DNA of 64,000 bases from Candidatus Pacearchaeota archaeon (GCA_018221285.1 JAAOYJ010000003.1:14768-78767), one strand, 5' to 3'. Shown: positions 27,713 to 38,337, counted from the stretch's first letter. Made by a program: numbers and translations. The notes: a model not told the origin generated them from the sequence alone.

Positions 27713-29875
27713 CTAACCCCCCAATCCACCCAACACAATCGTACTCAAGATAAACAAAGATATTGTAGACAATAAGGCGGTTCCAATGTATAATAAAATC
27801 CCTCTCTTCAGATTCTTTCCTGTCTTGTTTGTCTTCTCAAGTTTGTCTTCTCCTGAATCTATTGCAACCAATGTTCCTGTCAATATAAAAATTATCTGAA
27901 CCAAATAAATTCCAATTATTATTTGCAAGTAATATGGAGGAATCATTTTTACTAAATCAAATATCTTCATAATATCTCCCATTCCTCCCATCCCTGCAGC
28001 CCCTGCCTCTCCTAAACCAGAAATATTCAACTTCTTTAAAATAGCTGTAATCATTGCTGCCAAACCAACAACAATTCCTGAAAGTAGAGGAGCCAAGAAA
28101 GTCATATTGCTCTTCATATCAGACACAATCTCTGCAAGCATATCTCTCAACCTATTAGTTATCTTCTGTATATTCTTAACATACTCTGAAATACTCATCA
28201 AACTAATCGCTGCAATCTTCAACCCCTTCTTCGAAGACTCAATAAGAACCCTCATACTTGTAGCAATTAAATCAGAAGGATAATAAATAATCGCCCCACG
28301 ATTCGGATCAAAAATCGCCTTCTCAACACCCATGCCCATCTGTCGAATATTATAATTAACTCTCTTAAAAAAATCCTGCGTCATCAAACCCTTCGACGAT
28401 TCAGCAACCTTTGCAAAAATCAACTCAGGCGGAACACCGTTTCCCATACGATTCCCTAATTGAAACAATGAATTATTAAACTCATTCTCGAGCTTCCGCG
28501 TCTTCTCCCTTTCAAGAATCAATTCTTTAGTTTTATTCTTATATGCCATCGAGAAAAACAAAGCAATCCCAAAAGGAATACACATCCCAAAAATCAGTGC
28601 ACCAATTCCAAAAGGTCCTGCCAAACCATTTCCTGCTTCCACAAACCCAAAAAACTGTTCATCCCCAAACATTCCCAAACCAAGTTCTGTAAAAGTATAA
28701 TCTTGCTGCAAGCCAATCATTCCAGGAATAGGAGTATATTGAAACACCAAAGGCAGCAAACCAATTATAAAAAATGGGAGGCAAATCAAAAACGCACGAA
28801 AATAAGGTTTATTACTTACATACTTAGGGTAAAGAGGATTCCTTTCCAACAGAGTCGACTCCCCATAACCTCCTGGCCTCAAAATCATAATCTTATCTGT
28901 AAGATAAAAAACAAAAAACGGAACAACCAGGTTAAACAAAATCATAACATGAATCCATCTAATATAATCTCCAATCATCGCAGAAGCTAAAGGCAATAAA
29001 GCCAGCCCAAGAGTGGGAAGCACAACTCCAAGCATATAAACATTTGTCAGCGGGCTTCGAACATTATGCGTAAACTTCAACATCTTATCATAAACACCAT
29101 CAAGAACAACCTGCAAACTCTTTTCTAAAATCAAAATTCTACGACTATTGTCCGGCTCAAACAAGCTACTCTCAATCAAATGAAAAGACTCTATAAACTC
29201 TGTAGAATAATCTCTCCAAACTTCAAGATAATTATCAAGGCTTTCCTTTATCGTCGAGAACTTACCAACTGAAACATCATAAAAAACTTTTCTAAAATCA
29301 AGCGAGAGAGGATATTGAAGATGCTCTGAAGCAAAAGCGATCGCTTTCTCAAGATTAGGAGTATGCCTCATATAGACTACAATATACAAAATAGCAGGAA
29401 CCATCTGACTCGACGCTTTGAGTCTCCATTTATTCGCCAGCCGAGCAGGATATCCATTAACAAAATAAAATAAAAACAAAGCAAGAACAACCACTAAAAA
29501 GAAAAACAAAATTGGAAAAGCCCCAAAACTTCCTTTAATCAACGCAACTGCAACAGAAATCAACAATCCAATAACAAATACTCCAAGAAAAGTCATAACA
29601 CTCAAGGTCAACGCCTGCCATGGTTCAATATCAAGATGCGCAACTTCAAGATGCCTCTGAATCTTATCCGCATCTTTTTTAGAAACCTTCAGCTTCACCA
29701 AACTTCCCAAACTCTTACACCATCTCTCAAACCTCGACAACTCTGGCGCCATCTCATCTCGAAACGTCCGATATTCCCTACTATAATTAACACTCTCAAC
29801 AGGACTCGTCTTAATCTGGCTCTCAATCCGAGCCCCATGCTTATCAAGAATCTCTCTTACATTCTTTGGTGGCAT
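27713..29875 (-). CDS. Type IV pilus membrane platform protein (TadC/PilC-like, T2SSF)
   Basis: Multi-TM protein with two T2SSF-like cytoplasmic domains; context between pilins and ATPase. Confidence 0.82.
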   Translation of the reverse strand: MPPKNVREILDKHGARIESQIKTSPVESVNYSREYRTFRDEMAPELSRFERWCKSLGSLVKLKVSKKDADKIQRHLEVAHLDIEPWQALTLSVMTFLGVFVIGLLISVAVALIKGSFGAFPILFFFLVVVLALFLFYFVNGYPARLANKWRLKASSQMVPAILYIVVYMRHTPNLEKAIAFASEHLQYPLSLDFRKVFYDVSVGKFSTIKESLDNYLEVWRDYSTEFIESFHLIESSLFEPDNSRRILILEKSLQVVLDGVYDKMLKFTHNVRSPLTNVYMLGVVLPTLGLALLPLASAMIGDYIRWIHVMILFNLVVPFFVFYLTDKIMILRPGGYGESTLLERNPLYPKYVSNKPYFRAFLICLPFFIIGLLPLVFQYTPIPGMIGLQQDYTFTELGLGMFGDEQFFGFVEAGNGLAGPFGIGALIFGMCIPFGIALFFSMAYKNKTKELILEREKTRKLENEFNNSLFQLGNRMGNGVPPELIFAKVAESSKGLMTQDFFKRVNYNIRQMGMGVEKAIFDPNRGAIIYYPSDLIATSMRVLIESSKKGLKIAAISLMSISEYVKNIQKITNRLRDMLAEIVSDMKSNMTFLAPLLSGIVVGLAAMITAILKKLNISGLGEAGAAGMGGMGDIMKIFDLVKMIPPYYLQIIIGIYLVQIIFILTGTLVAIDSGEDKLEKTNKTGKNLKRGILLYIGTALLSTISLFILSTIVLGGLGG

Positions 29876-29990
29876 TTTATCAACTCTTTTAGTTATTAAT
29901 TAGAAGTAATGAAATATTGTTAATAAATGTTTGCGGGGAGAAAGCTAATTTGATGGCGAAGTTTTTTATATTCCTTAATATTAGTATTGT

Positions 29991-30320
29991 ATGTTTAATG
30001 GAACAAAAATTGAAAAGAAAGTGGATATTGCAAACTTTTTGGAATTTCTCAAAGATTATAAAAAAGAACAAATTGAATGTACTCACCATACATTCTTCAG
30101 GTTAAGTGAAAAACAGAGGAAAATATTTACTTGTAAACAATTAAGAGAAATTATTACTACAAAAAGACCATTTTTAGTAGGTATTCAATATAATCAAAAT
30201 TATGCAATATTTTACAAACATCAGAATAAAAACTTAAAGATAATAGTAAATTTTAATAATCGAAAGGTTAAAATAGTTACGTTCTATTTTATAGAAGAAT
30301 GGCAAATACCAAAAATATAA
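29991..30320 (+). CDS. DUF4258-like putative RelE-fold toxin
   Basis: T.H...RL..R and C-terminal IVT.Y pattern; overlaps a DUF2283 gene; start may be GTG 30021. Confidence 0.55.
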   Translation: MFNGTKIEKKVDIANFLEFLKDYKKEQIECTHHTFFRLSEKQRKIFTCKQLREIITTKRPFLVGIQYNQNYAIFYKHQNKNLKIIVNFNNRKVKIVTFYFIEEWQIPKI

Positions 30321-30688
30321 AACCAAGAAATTTAGAAGCCAAAGGAGAAATGGGCTATGATTATGTAAATGATATTCTATTTTTTAAGGTGAAAAACAGA
30401 GAGTATGATTATTCTATAGAATTTCAAAACATGGTGATAGATATTGACGCTGAGAAATTTGTAGTTGGAATACAGATCTTTGAAGCATCCAAATTTCTGA
30501 GAATGTCCAAGATAAATTTAAGGGAAATTCCTAAATGGCAATTTAAGGCAAAAATTGAAGGAAATGTTATAGAACTTCGCCTTAATTATGAATTACAAAT
30601 AAGAAATAAGATTTATGAAAAAAGCCCAATAATAATTCAGGAAAACAAATCAGGTCTTCCAAGCTCTCAAATGGTCACAACGATTTAG
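30299..30688 (+). CDS. DUF2283-domain putative antitoxin
   Basis: YDY.NDILFF...VIDID....VVGIQIFEASK. Confidence 0.75.
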   Translation: MANTKNIKPRNLEAKGEMGYDYVNDILFFKVKNREYDYSIEFQNMVIDIDAEKFVVGIQIFEASKFLRMSKINLREIPKWQFKAKIEGNVIELRLNYELQIRNKIYEKSPIIIQENKSGLPSSQMVTTI

Positions 30689-30829
30689 AATTTTTTGGAA
30701 GAATCATTTAAATCTCTTAAATTCTTATCCTAATACTCTATAGAACAAAAGTATTCTAAAGAAGTAACAAGTGGTTTGGGATTAAAGATTGTCAGTTAAA
30801 ATTTTAAAGATGCAAATATTTGAAAATAG

Positions 30830-32557
30830 ATGAAAATCTTATTAAAAAAATATTTTGGATATGATAATTTCAGACCAATGCAAGAAGAGATTATAAATAA
30901 GGTTCTCCAAAAGAAAGATACATTTGTTCTTATGCCAACGGGGGGAGGAAAATCTCTTTGTTATCAACTTCCTGCACTAAAATTTGAGGGAATTACCATT
31001 GTAATCTCTCCCCTTATTTCTCTTATGAAAGACCAAGTAGATAATCTAAAAGCAAATGGAATTAGCGCCGAATATATTAATTCATCACTCTCATTTGAAG
31101 AGATTATTGAAATTCAGAGAAAAATCAGAGAAAAAGAAACACAAATCCTCTACATCGCTCCTGAAAGATTAGCATCAGAAGAATTTAAATCATTTTTAAC
31201 AGCATTACAAATAAGTTTAATTGCTATTGATGAAGCCCATTGCATTTCTGAATGGGGGCATGATTTCCGACAAGAATACAGAAATTTAAAATTCCTAAAA
31301 ATAGCTTTTCCAAGAGTCCCAATAATTGCTCTGACAGCAACAGCTACAGAAAAAGTAAAAGAAGATATCTTAAAACAATTATCTCTAAAAGAGCCACAAG
31401 TATTTGTCTCAAGTTTTGACAGAAAAAACCTTAACTTAATTGTTATTGAAAAAAAGAGGGCTCTTAATAAAATTCTAGCAATATTAAAAAAATATAAAAA
31501 AGAGTCAGTAATTATTTACTGCTTTTCCCGTAAAGATTCTGAAAACATTGCCCAAAGATTAAGAGAAAATGGATTTAATGCTCTTCCTTATCATGCAGGA
31601 CTTAACAATGAAATAAGAAAACATAATCAAGAATTATTTATTAAAGATGAAGTAAACATAATCGTGGCGACAATTGCATTCGGCATGGGGATTGACAAAC
31701 CAGATGTTAGGTTAATAATACACCACACATTTCCAAAAACACTTGAAGGTTATTATCAAGAAATTGGGAGGGCCGGACGTGATGGGATTCCAAGCGATTG
31801 TATTCTATTCTATTCCTGGGGGGACAAAAGAAAACACGAATTTTTTATTAATCAACTTACAGATGAATTTACTCAAGAGAAAGAAAGAGTTAAATTAAGA
31901 AAAGTAATGAATTATTGTGAATGTGTTTCTTGTAGAAGAAAGCATGTACTAAGATACTTTGGTGAAAATTTTCCAAGAGATAATTGTAATGGTTGCGATA
32001 TTTGTTTGGAATTTCCTGAAATAAAAGAAAGTGTTCTAAAAGATAAAGTAAGACTCAAAAAAGAAAGGAAAATATTAGATTACAACAAAAATCTATTTGA
32101 AAAATTACGAACCTTAAGGAAGCAAATTGCTAATGAAAGGAATGTTCCTCCTTTTGTTATATTTGGTGATTTTTCTTTACAGGAAATGGCATATTATCTC
32201 CCCAACAATAAAGAAGGATTATTAGAGATTAACGGTGTTGGAGAACATAAATTAAAAGATTTTGGATATTTATTCTTAGAGGCCATCAATGAATACCTCA
32301 AAGAAAACAATCTTGATTCTGTGACAATTCCTCAAAAGGATGAAACAAAGGTTGATTCAAAAACAGATTATCATAAACGATTAGAAGAAATCAAAGAAAA
32401 GTTCCCAAATGCGTATGAGCCATGGGAAGAAGAGGAAGATAATAAACTAAAAGATTTATATTCTAAAAATATTCTTATTGATGAAATTGCACAAATTCTA
32501 AAAAGACAACCAAGTGCGATTCGATCTCGGTTGAAGAAAGTTGGGCTTTTGGAGTAG
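30830..32557 (+). CDS. recQ: RecQ DNA helicase (bacterial type) with HRDC and an extra C-terminal HTH domain
   Basis: FG...FR..Q, MPTGGGKSLCYQ, DEAHCISEWGHDFR, ATIAFGMGIDK, QEIGRAGRDG, zinc site, HRDC. Confidence 0.95.
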   Translation: MKILLKKYFGYDNFRPMQEEIINKVLQKKDTFVLMPTGGGKSLCYQLPALKFEGITIVISPLISLMKDQVDNLKANGISAEYINSSLSFEEIIEIQRKIREKETQILYIAPERLASEEFKSFLTALQISLIAIDEAHCISEWGHDFRQEYRNLKFLKIAFPRVPIIALTATATEKVKEDILKQLSLKEPQVFVSSFDRKNLNLIVIEKKRALNKILAILKKYKKESVIIYCFSRKDSENIAQRLRENGFNALPYHAGLNNEIRKHNQELFIKDEVNIIVATIAFGMGIDKPDVRLIIHHTFPKTLEGYYQEIGRAGRDGIPSDCILFYSWGDKRKHEFFINQLTDEFTQEKERVKLRKVMNYCECVSCRRKHVLRYFGENFPRDNCNGCDICLEFPEIKESVLKDKVRLKKERKILDYNKNLFEKLRTLRKQIANERNVPPFVIFGDFSLQEMAYYLPNNKEGLLEINGVGEHKLKDFGYLFLEAINEYLKENNLDSVTIPQKDETKVDSKTDYHKRLEEIKEKFPNAYEPWEEEEDNKLKDLYSKNILIDEIAQILKRQPSAIRSRLKKVGLLE

Positions 32558-32612
32558 ATTGGTTTGGCCCATTATTCTTCATTTCAAACCCCCTCTCCAT
32601 TCAACCATACGA

Positions 32613-32631
32613 CAAATGACTATGTCATTTG
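32613..32631. repeat. Perfect 8-bp hairpin CAAATGAC-tat-GTCATTTG between convergent genes
   Basis: Exact inverted repeat; a related sequence is at 48324-48343. Confidence 0.5.
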
Positions 32632-32639
32632 AAGATGGA

Positions 32640-34925
32640 TTAAATTCTTAATTTCTTAATCTCCTGATTCAACCATTTCTGCCATTCTGGGAAAACTCTT
32701 TCCCCTAAAGGAAGTCCAATCTCTTGATGAATCTCGTCAGAAATCTTATGGAACATATGATTCGATAGAGTGTTGAACTTTGATTCAAGAATATCTGCGT
32801 TTCCTGTTTTCTCCGCAACTTCTACAATCTCTTTCTTCATCTTTGCCCTCAATAAAATATTATCATAAACAGCATCCCAGTTTCCAGCCCAGCCCTTTAC
32901 ATTCGACGCAATACTCTTAATTATCTCACTATCACCATTAATCAAATCCTCTGTAGGCTCAAGCTCATCCTTCTCAACATTATACTTCATCAAATCAACA
33001 AACCCCTTCTCCTCCATAGGATCTTTAGTCCAATGCTTCCTAACCTCTGTAATCTGTAGAACTCTTCTCCATGAATGCATTCCATCAGGGGACTTTATCG
33101 GATTACAAACAGTAATTATATCTGTTGCCTTGAAACTCGTAGCAGGAACTCCCAAGTCATTCACAACCCTATCAAAAACCCCGTAAGGAGACGCGCCATG
33201 GATAGTACCCGCAACAACATTCGCCAGCGCACCAACCCTCATCGCCTCATAAAGCGCCTTCGCCTCAACACTTCTAACCTCTCCCATAATCAGACAACTA
33301 TCTCCCAACCTCAAACTTGTCCTAATCCCATCATCTGCAGAAACTTCTGTCGTTGTCTTCAATAAAGCAGACCGAACCTTCATCCTCAAAATATCATACT
33401 TCAACTTTCTCAAAGATTCAACAGGCAACTCCAAAGAATCCTCTATCACAATCACCCTATGTTTAGGAATAATTTCTAACATCAAACTCCCAAGCAGAGA
33501 AGTCTTACCAGAACTCCTTGTCCCAGCAACCAAAAGCGTCCTTGAACCATCAATCATAAAACTGAGCAAACCAGCACCAAAAGGATTAAGCATTTTATTT
33601 TTTATAAACAACGGCAATGTCCATGGAGCTTCTCTATGTCTTCTGATAGCATAAGCCAACCCGTCAGGAGACAACGGCTTTTGAATGATCGCGATCCTCG
33701 CCCGAATCTTTCCAATCTCCAACTGAGTATCCAAAATCGGATTCGCCTCATCCAAGGGCCTCCCAGAAATCATTCTAAACTTCGCAGCCCATGAATCAAC
33801 ATCCTCCTGACTCGGCAAAATATTCGTCGAACATTCATCATACTCCTGATGCCTCAAAAAAATATTCGTCTGCGGAATCGGCGCATTCAAAACAATGTCC
33901 TGCAAATTCCTATCTTGAAGTAAAACTTCAATAAGCCCAAAACCAATCGTGTGCCTAACAAGAATCGTCGACAATTTATTCAAATCAGTATAACTCAACT
34001 TAATCCCTTTATTCTGCGCAAGGTCCTGCAACAAATCCTTTGCAATATTAAAGAAAACCTGTCGCGTCCTCTCTGTATCTGTAAACTCTTCTGCCTTGGG
34101 CTGGTGCTCAATCAAAACCCCTCGCGCCAGATTCAAAAGCAAATTCTGCTCTTCACTTAAAGTATTCTCAGGAGGGATCAGATGGTATATCAACTTCGCC
34201 TCATCCTTTTTCCTAAGAATATTCACAAGTGAAACATCAAAGTCCTCCCCAATTTCATACTGATCAACAATCTCTGCATCACTCGGCAAATCCGAAACAA
34301 GCCGAGTAAAAGTAAAATTAGGAATCACGTCTGGTTTGAAGATCTTATGATAAATCTCTCTATCCCCTCTTTTATAATTATCAAGCGAGGGAATCGCAGA
34401 CCGTATCATCCGCGTCTTCTCCAACAACAAAAAAATCCTCTCCAACAAATTAAGATAATTCTGCTGGTCTGTCTTATATTGAATTGGCGCCTTCTCCAAA
34501 AAAATCCTCGCATTAATAATCAACTTCTTCAACTCTGCATAAGCTGCAATAGGATCCTGCTTTAACCAGAAAAGAAAAGAAAAAACCTCATTATATCTTG
34601 GTGTAAAAAACTGCGCCTGATTCGTAATAAGATTCTTCTGAGACAAAATACTCTCATGCTTAACAAGATAAACATAAAGCTGCGCAATCTCCAAAAGAGC
34701 AGATGTCTCCTCAAAATCATAATTATAATTTTTCTGTTGAACAAGAATCACTCTCGAAACATTCTGGTTCTCCACTAAAAAATCAACCACCTTTTCCATA
34801 ACTTTCGGATAATCAGAAATACTCGGAACATAAGGCGCCCCAATATAATTAATATAAAGTATGTCCTCTCCTCCTTCTCTCTGAACTTCAGACGAATATA
34901 ACTTAGCCCCTTTTTGAAATTGCAT
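32640..34925 (-). CDS. Type II/IV secretion ATPase (VirB11/PilB-like)
   Basis: GTRSSGKT, IEDSLEL, LRLGD...MGEVR, GTIHG. Confidence 0.93.
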   Translation of the reverse strand: MQFQKGAKLYSSEVQREGGEDILYINYIGAPYVPSISDYPKVMEKVVDFLVENQNVSRVILVQQKNYNYDFEETSALLEIAQLYVYLVKHESILSQKNLITNQAQFFTPRYNEVFSFLFWLKQDPIAAYAELKKLIINARIFLEKAPIQYKTDQQNYLNLLERIFLLLEKTRMIRSAIPSLDNYKRGDREIYHKIFKPDVIPNFTFTRLVSDLPSDAEIVDQYEIGEDFDVSLVNILRKKDEAKLIYHLIPPENTLSEEQNLLLNLARGVLIEHQPKAEEFTDTERTRQVFFNIAKDLLQDLAQNKGIKLSYTDLNKLSTILVRHTIGFGLIEVLLQDRNLQDIVLNAPIPQTNIFLRHQEYDECSTNILPSQEDVDSWAAKFRMISGRPLDEANPILDTQLEIGKIRARIAIIQKPLSPDGLAYAIRRHREAPWTLPLFIKNKMLNPFGAGLLSFMIDGSRTLLVAGTRSSGKTSLLGSLMLEIIPKHRVIVIEDSLELPVESLRKLKYDILRMKVRSALLKTTTEVSADDGIRTSLRLGDSCLIMGEVRSVEAKALYEAMRVGALANVVAGTIHGASPYGVFDRVVNDLGVPATSFKATDIITVCNPIKSPDGMHSWRRVLQITEVRKHWTKDPMEEKGFVDLMKYNVEKDELEPTEDLINGDSEIIKSIASNVKGWAGNWDAVYDNILLRAKMKKEIVEVAEKTGNADILESKFNTLSNHMFHKISDEIHQEIGLPLGERVFPEWQKWLNQEIKKLRI

Positions 34926-35003
34926 GGATAAGGAAAGAAGTTTAAGTTTTTAATTTTTTGTATAAACAAAAACAAATTTAAACCCTCTTAACTTAAATCT
35001 TGT

Positions 35004-35321
35004 ATGGAGAGTGAAGAGGCTGAATATGGTGGACCCATGATGGGTGATGCCAGTATGAAAATAAGAGATCTTGAAGAAAAGCAGAGGATTCTCAAAGACC
35101 GACTTCTTTTAATAGGCCAAAATCTTATAGAAACTAAAGAAAAAACAAATAGTGATATTTTAGAAATTAAAAAAAATATAGAAATAATCAATCAAAATAT
35201 GGAGAGGTTAATCGCATTTTTGGAAACTGCTTCAAGCGAATTTCCAAAGTTTGCAAAAAAAGAAGATTTGGAAATCCTGTCAAAACAGGCAAAAATGTTT
35301 CAACCTCTAAAATTAAAATAA
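35004..35321 (+). CDS. Coiled-coil hypothetical protein
   Basis: Heptad-rich ORF, operonic with the next gene. Confidence 0.65.
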   Translation: MESEEAEYGGPMMGDASMKIRDLEEKQRILKDRLLLIGQNLIETKEKTNSDILEIKKNIEIINQNMERLIAFLETASSEFPKFAKKEDLEILSKQAKMFQPLKLK

Positions 35322-35322
35322 A

Positions 35323-36033
35323 ATGGGAACATTGGAACAAGTAACACAATTGAAAGCACAAGGAAGTTCTGACGAGGACATAATCAATAAATTGCAACAA
35401 CAAGGAGTTTCTCCAAAAGAGATAAATGATGCTCTTGGCCAATCTCAAATTAAAAGTGCAGTTTCTGATTCAGCAACCCCAGAAGGAATGGAACCTTCTG
35501 TAATGCAACAAGGAAGCGGAGCCCCACAAATACAAGAAATGTCAGGCCAAGACCTATATACTCCCCAACCCATGCAAGCAGCGCCTCCACAACAAGGGTA
35601 TGCCGCCCCTCAACAAGAATATTATCAGGAAGGCGGAGGCTATGGTGCAGAATATGCTCCAGAAGGAATTGACACAGGAACCATGATTGAAATTGCTGAA
35701 CAAGTTTTTTCAGAAAAAATCAAGAAACTCCATAAACAAGTCGGAGAGATTAACGAATTCAAAACTTTGGCCCAAACAAAATTAGATAATTTATCTGAAA
35801 GAGTAAAAAAGATAGAGACAACAATGGACAAGCTTCAAATTGCAATTCTTGATAAAGTTGGATCTTATGGGAAAAACTTAGAAGGAATAAAAAAAGAAAT
35901 GTCAATGATGCAAGATTCTTTTGGGAAGATGGTTAAACATTCAACACGACATGTTGCCCATCCTGTAAAACACATAACTACATCTACTCCAGAAAAAACT
36001 ATTTCTAAAAAGAAAGTTGCTAAGAAAAAATAA
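35323..36033 (+). CDS. Hypothetical protein (helical N-domain, P/Q linker, coiled coil)
   Basis: ORF composition. Confidence 0.7.
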   Translation: MGTLEQVTQLKAQGSSDEDIINKLQQQGVSPKEINDALGQSQIKSAVSDSATPEGMEPSVMQQGSGAPQIQEMSGQDLYTPQPMQAAPPQQGYAAPQQEYYQEGGGYGAEYAPEGIDTGTMIEIAEQVFSEKIKKLHKQVGEINEFKTLAQTKLDNLSERVKKIETTMDKLQIAILDKVGSYGKNLEGIKKEMSMMQDSFGKMVKHSTRHVAHPVKHITTSTPEKTISKKKVAKKK

Positions 36034-36041
36034 TTAAATGT

Positions 36042-36611
36042 TTAAGATTCTCCCCTAAGTGCTCTTGCTAAAGGAGATTTATCTGGTGAAGTTGATATGC
36101 TTCCAGAACCAACAATAATCGCAAGTGCAAGAAGAATTACAACAACACCTGCAATCATTGGCCAATTATTACTCCACCACCCTGCAGAAGACCACCCAAC
36201 TACTCCCGCAGTTTGAACCAATATTACTACTACCACTATTGCCGAGATTCCCATCAAAGTATAAGTTATACCTTTAGAATCAGGGTCTGCGAATAAACCT
36301 ACCACAATCAAAATAATTAAAATAATCGCCAAACCAACTCCCAACCTAGGAAAAACTTCTGAAAAAAATTGCGGAACAATATCAAATTGTAATGCCATCA
36401 GACCAACCACAAAAGCAATTATTCCACTTATAGATTTATTATCATCAAAGATTTTTGTTCTTTGTAAAATCCCAAAAATTATTGAAAAAATTAACAAGAA
36501 CGGGAGAAGGTAACTAAAGAACCCATATTGTTCCCAATAATTTAGCATAGTTCCAATTGCTCCATCTCCAGCATAAGAACCATAAGAAGCTAACATTAAC
36601 TTGCCAATCAT
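36042..36611 (-). CDS. Multi-TM membrane protein, paralog of the neighbour
   Basis: LLPFLLIF.I.FGIL..TKI motif shared with 36654-37151. Confidence 0.75.
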   Translation of the reverse strand: MIGKLMLASYGSYAGDGAIGTMLNYWEQYGFFSYLLPFLLIFSIIFGILQRTKIFDDNKSISGIIAFVVGLMALQFDIVPQFFSEVFPRLGVGLAIILIILIVVGLFADPDSKGITYTLMGISAIVVVVILVQTAGVVGWSSAGWWSNNWPMIAGVVVILLALAIIVGSGSISTSPDKSPLARALRGES

Positions 36612-36653
36612 ATAAGAATTTATGAAATAAGATTTAAATATGTTTCTAAAAAA

Positions 36654-37151
36654 CTAATCTCCCCCACCACGAAGAACCAAGGCCAATGCTGCAGCAACCA
36701 CTACAATAAATGCCGCATTCGTCCAAAAAGTTCCACTCCAACTTTGTTGAAATAATAATGATATTAAGGCGTTATCTATTCCCGCAGAATAAACTAATGC
36801 GATGATAACTGCCACAACAATAACAATCCCTGCAACCCATTTGGCCCAATTCGCACTTAAAATGTCACTCCCCATACTTTTCCCTGAAACAAATCCCCAA
36901 AGCAATAATCCTACGAACATTACAATAAGAGCAACTGTCAGAAACAAAACCATATTACTAACAATTTCTTTAGGTTGTAAAACACTAATGAAAATAAAAC
37001 CAATAACAAACGCAACAAGGGAATCAACCTGTTGGTTCTCTCCAAGAATTTTTGTTTTTCGAAGGATAGCAAAAACAATCGTCCAAATTAATATAAATGG
37101 TAAAACAAATTGTGTTACAATCCAATGTTGAAATATTGTTTCTCCTGCCAT
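36654..37151 (-). CDS. Multi-TM membrane protein, paralog of the neighbour
   Basis: VLPFILIW.IVFAIL.KTKI motif. Confidence 0.75.
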   Translation of the reverse strand: MAGETIFQHWIVTQFVLPFILIWTIVFAILRKTKILGENQQVDSLVAFVIGFIFISVLQPKEIVSNMVLFLTVALIVMFVGLLLWGFVSGKSMGSDILSANWAKWVAGIVIVVAVIIALVYSAGIDNALISLLFQQSWSGTFWTNAAFIVVVAAALALVLRGGGD

Positions 37152-37185
37152 GTATATATTACCTCTTTTTAATTTTTAAATCTTA

Positions 37186-37476
37186 CTAAATCAAATCTTC
37201 AGGAAGATCTTCCATCTCAGATTCCTGACTTGGTAAAGCAGATTTGTTTATTATAAAAACATCACTAATAGCCTTAACAAACTGGTGTGGGATTATGACT
37301 CCTCTTGCTCCTCCAATCAAAGAAATAACACTTCCTCCAACTTTAATCCTCCAACCTTCAATTTTATTTTCTTGGAGGTTCGCCTCTTCGACTTCTCCGA
37401 AAAAATCTCCTGAATCAGTATAAACCTTGGTTCCAATAACCTCTGATACCTTTTTTATTCTCATGATAAAATTCAA
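37186..37476 (-). CDS. Single PRC-barrel protein (CdpB-like)
   Basis: G.KVYT..G...GEV...IP...VKAI.DV.II pattern. Confidence 0.85.
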   Translation of the reverse strand: MNFIMRIKKVSEVIGTKVYTDSGDFFGEVEEANLQENKIEGWRIKVGGSVISLIGGARGVIIPHQFVKAISDVFIINKSALPSQESEMEDLPEDLI

Positions 37477-37608
37477 TCAATCTTCTTTAAATAGTTTTCC
37501 TTTGTCGAATGGATATTTTGGAGTATATAGCTAATCTGATTAAAGGATTAGTGTATAAATGAAATCAATAACAAATAACTTTATAAAAAATCATTCACTT
37601 CCCAATAC

Positions 37609-38292
37609 ATGCTAAATAAAACAGAAATCATTGCCATACTCCTTTCTACACTTGTCCTCGGATTTGTTATAAGTCTCATATCATCCCTAAACGCATTTTT
37701 TACAATCTCTCTAACAGTTTTTATTATTATCATGATAAATATAATCTCAAAAAAAGTTATGAGTTATTATTTTGATTCTGAAACAGAAGTAAGCTTATGG
37801 AGCATCAAAAGATCTGGGCTTTCCTATTTCTTCGGCGCAATTATCCCTTTTGCAAGCCCACATCCTTCAAAAAAATTCAAGAAGCCATTTCCTTCAGGAT
37901 TATTTTTCCCAATAATTACAACTGCGTTTTCATTTGGATACATAAACTGGATGTCTACACTTGTATTCGATGTGAAAGCAAAAACCTACAAAGCAGCAAA
38001 AAGACACGGACTATACACATTCTCAGAAATGGCTGAAAATCAAATCGGATTAATCGCAGCAGCAGGGATCGTTGCTAATTTAGCATTTGCAATAGTAGGT
38101 TACTTAATAGGGTACAACGACTTCTCACGCCTAAGCATCTACTACGCCCTCTATAACATGATTCCAATCTCTGATCTCGACGGAAACAAGATATACTTCG
38201 GTAGCTCGACTTTTGTTGGATTTCCTTTAATGTGGGGTACGCTCGCACTAATCACCCTCATCGGAGTTGGCTATGCATTATTTTTAATATAA
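37609..38292 (+). CDS. Site-2 protease (M50)-like membrane protein lacking HExxH
   Basis: IAAAG..ANL and NMIP...LDG.K motifs; no HExxH. Confidence 0.65.
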   Translation: MLNKTEIIAILLSTLVLGFVISLISSLNAFFTISLTVFIIIMINIISKKVMSYYFDSETEVSLWSIKRSGLSYFFGAIIPFASPHPSKKFKKPFPSGLFFPIITTAFSFGYINWMSTLVFDVKAKTYKAAKRHGLYTFSEMAENQIGLIAAAGIVANLAFAIVGYLIGYNDFSRLSIYYALYNMIPISDLDGNKIYFGSSTFVGFPLMWGTLALITLIGVGYALFLI

Positions 38293-38337
38293 CTACATTA
38301 TAATAAAACATTTAAACATACTTCTCCAATAACTATC

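Noticed and set aside
22395-34925. Archaellum locus
   Set aside because: No ArlH/ArlF/ArlG or archaellin-type sequences; fits a type IV pilus
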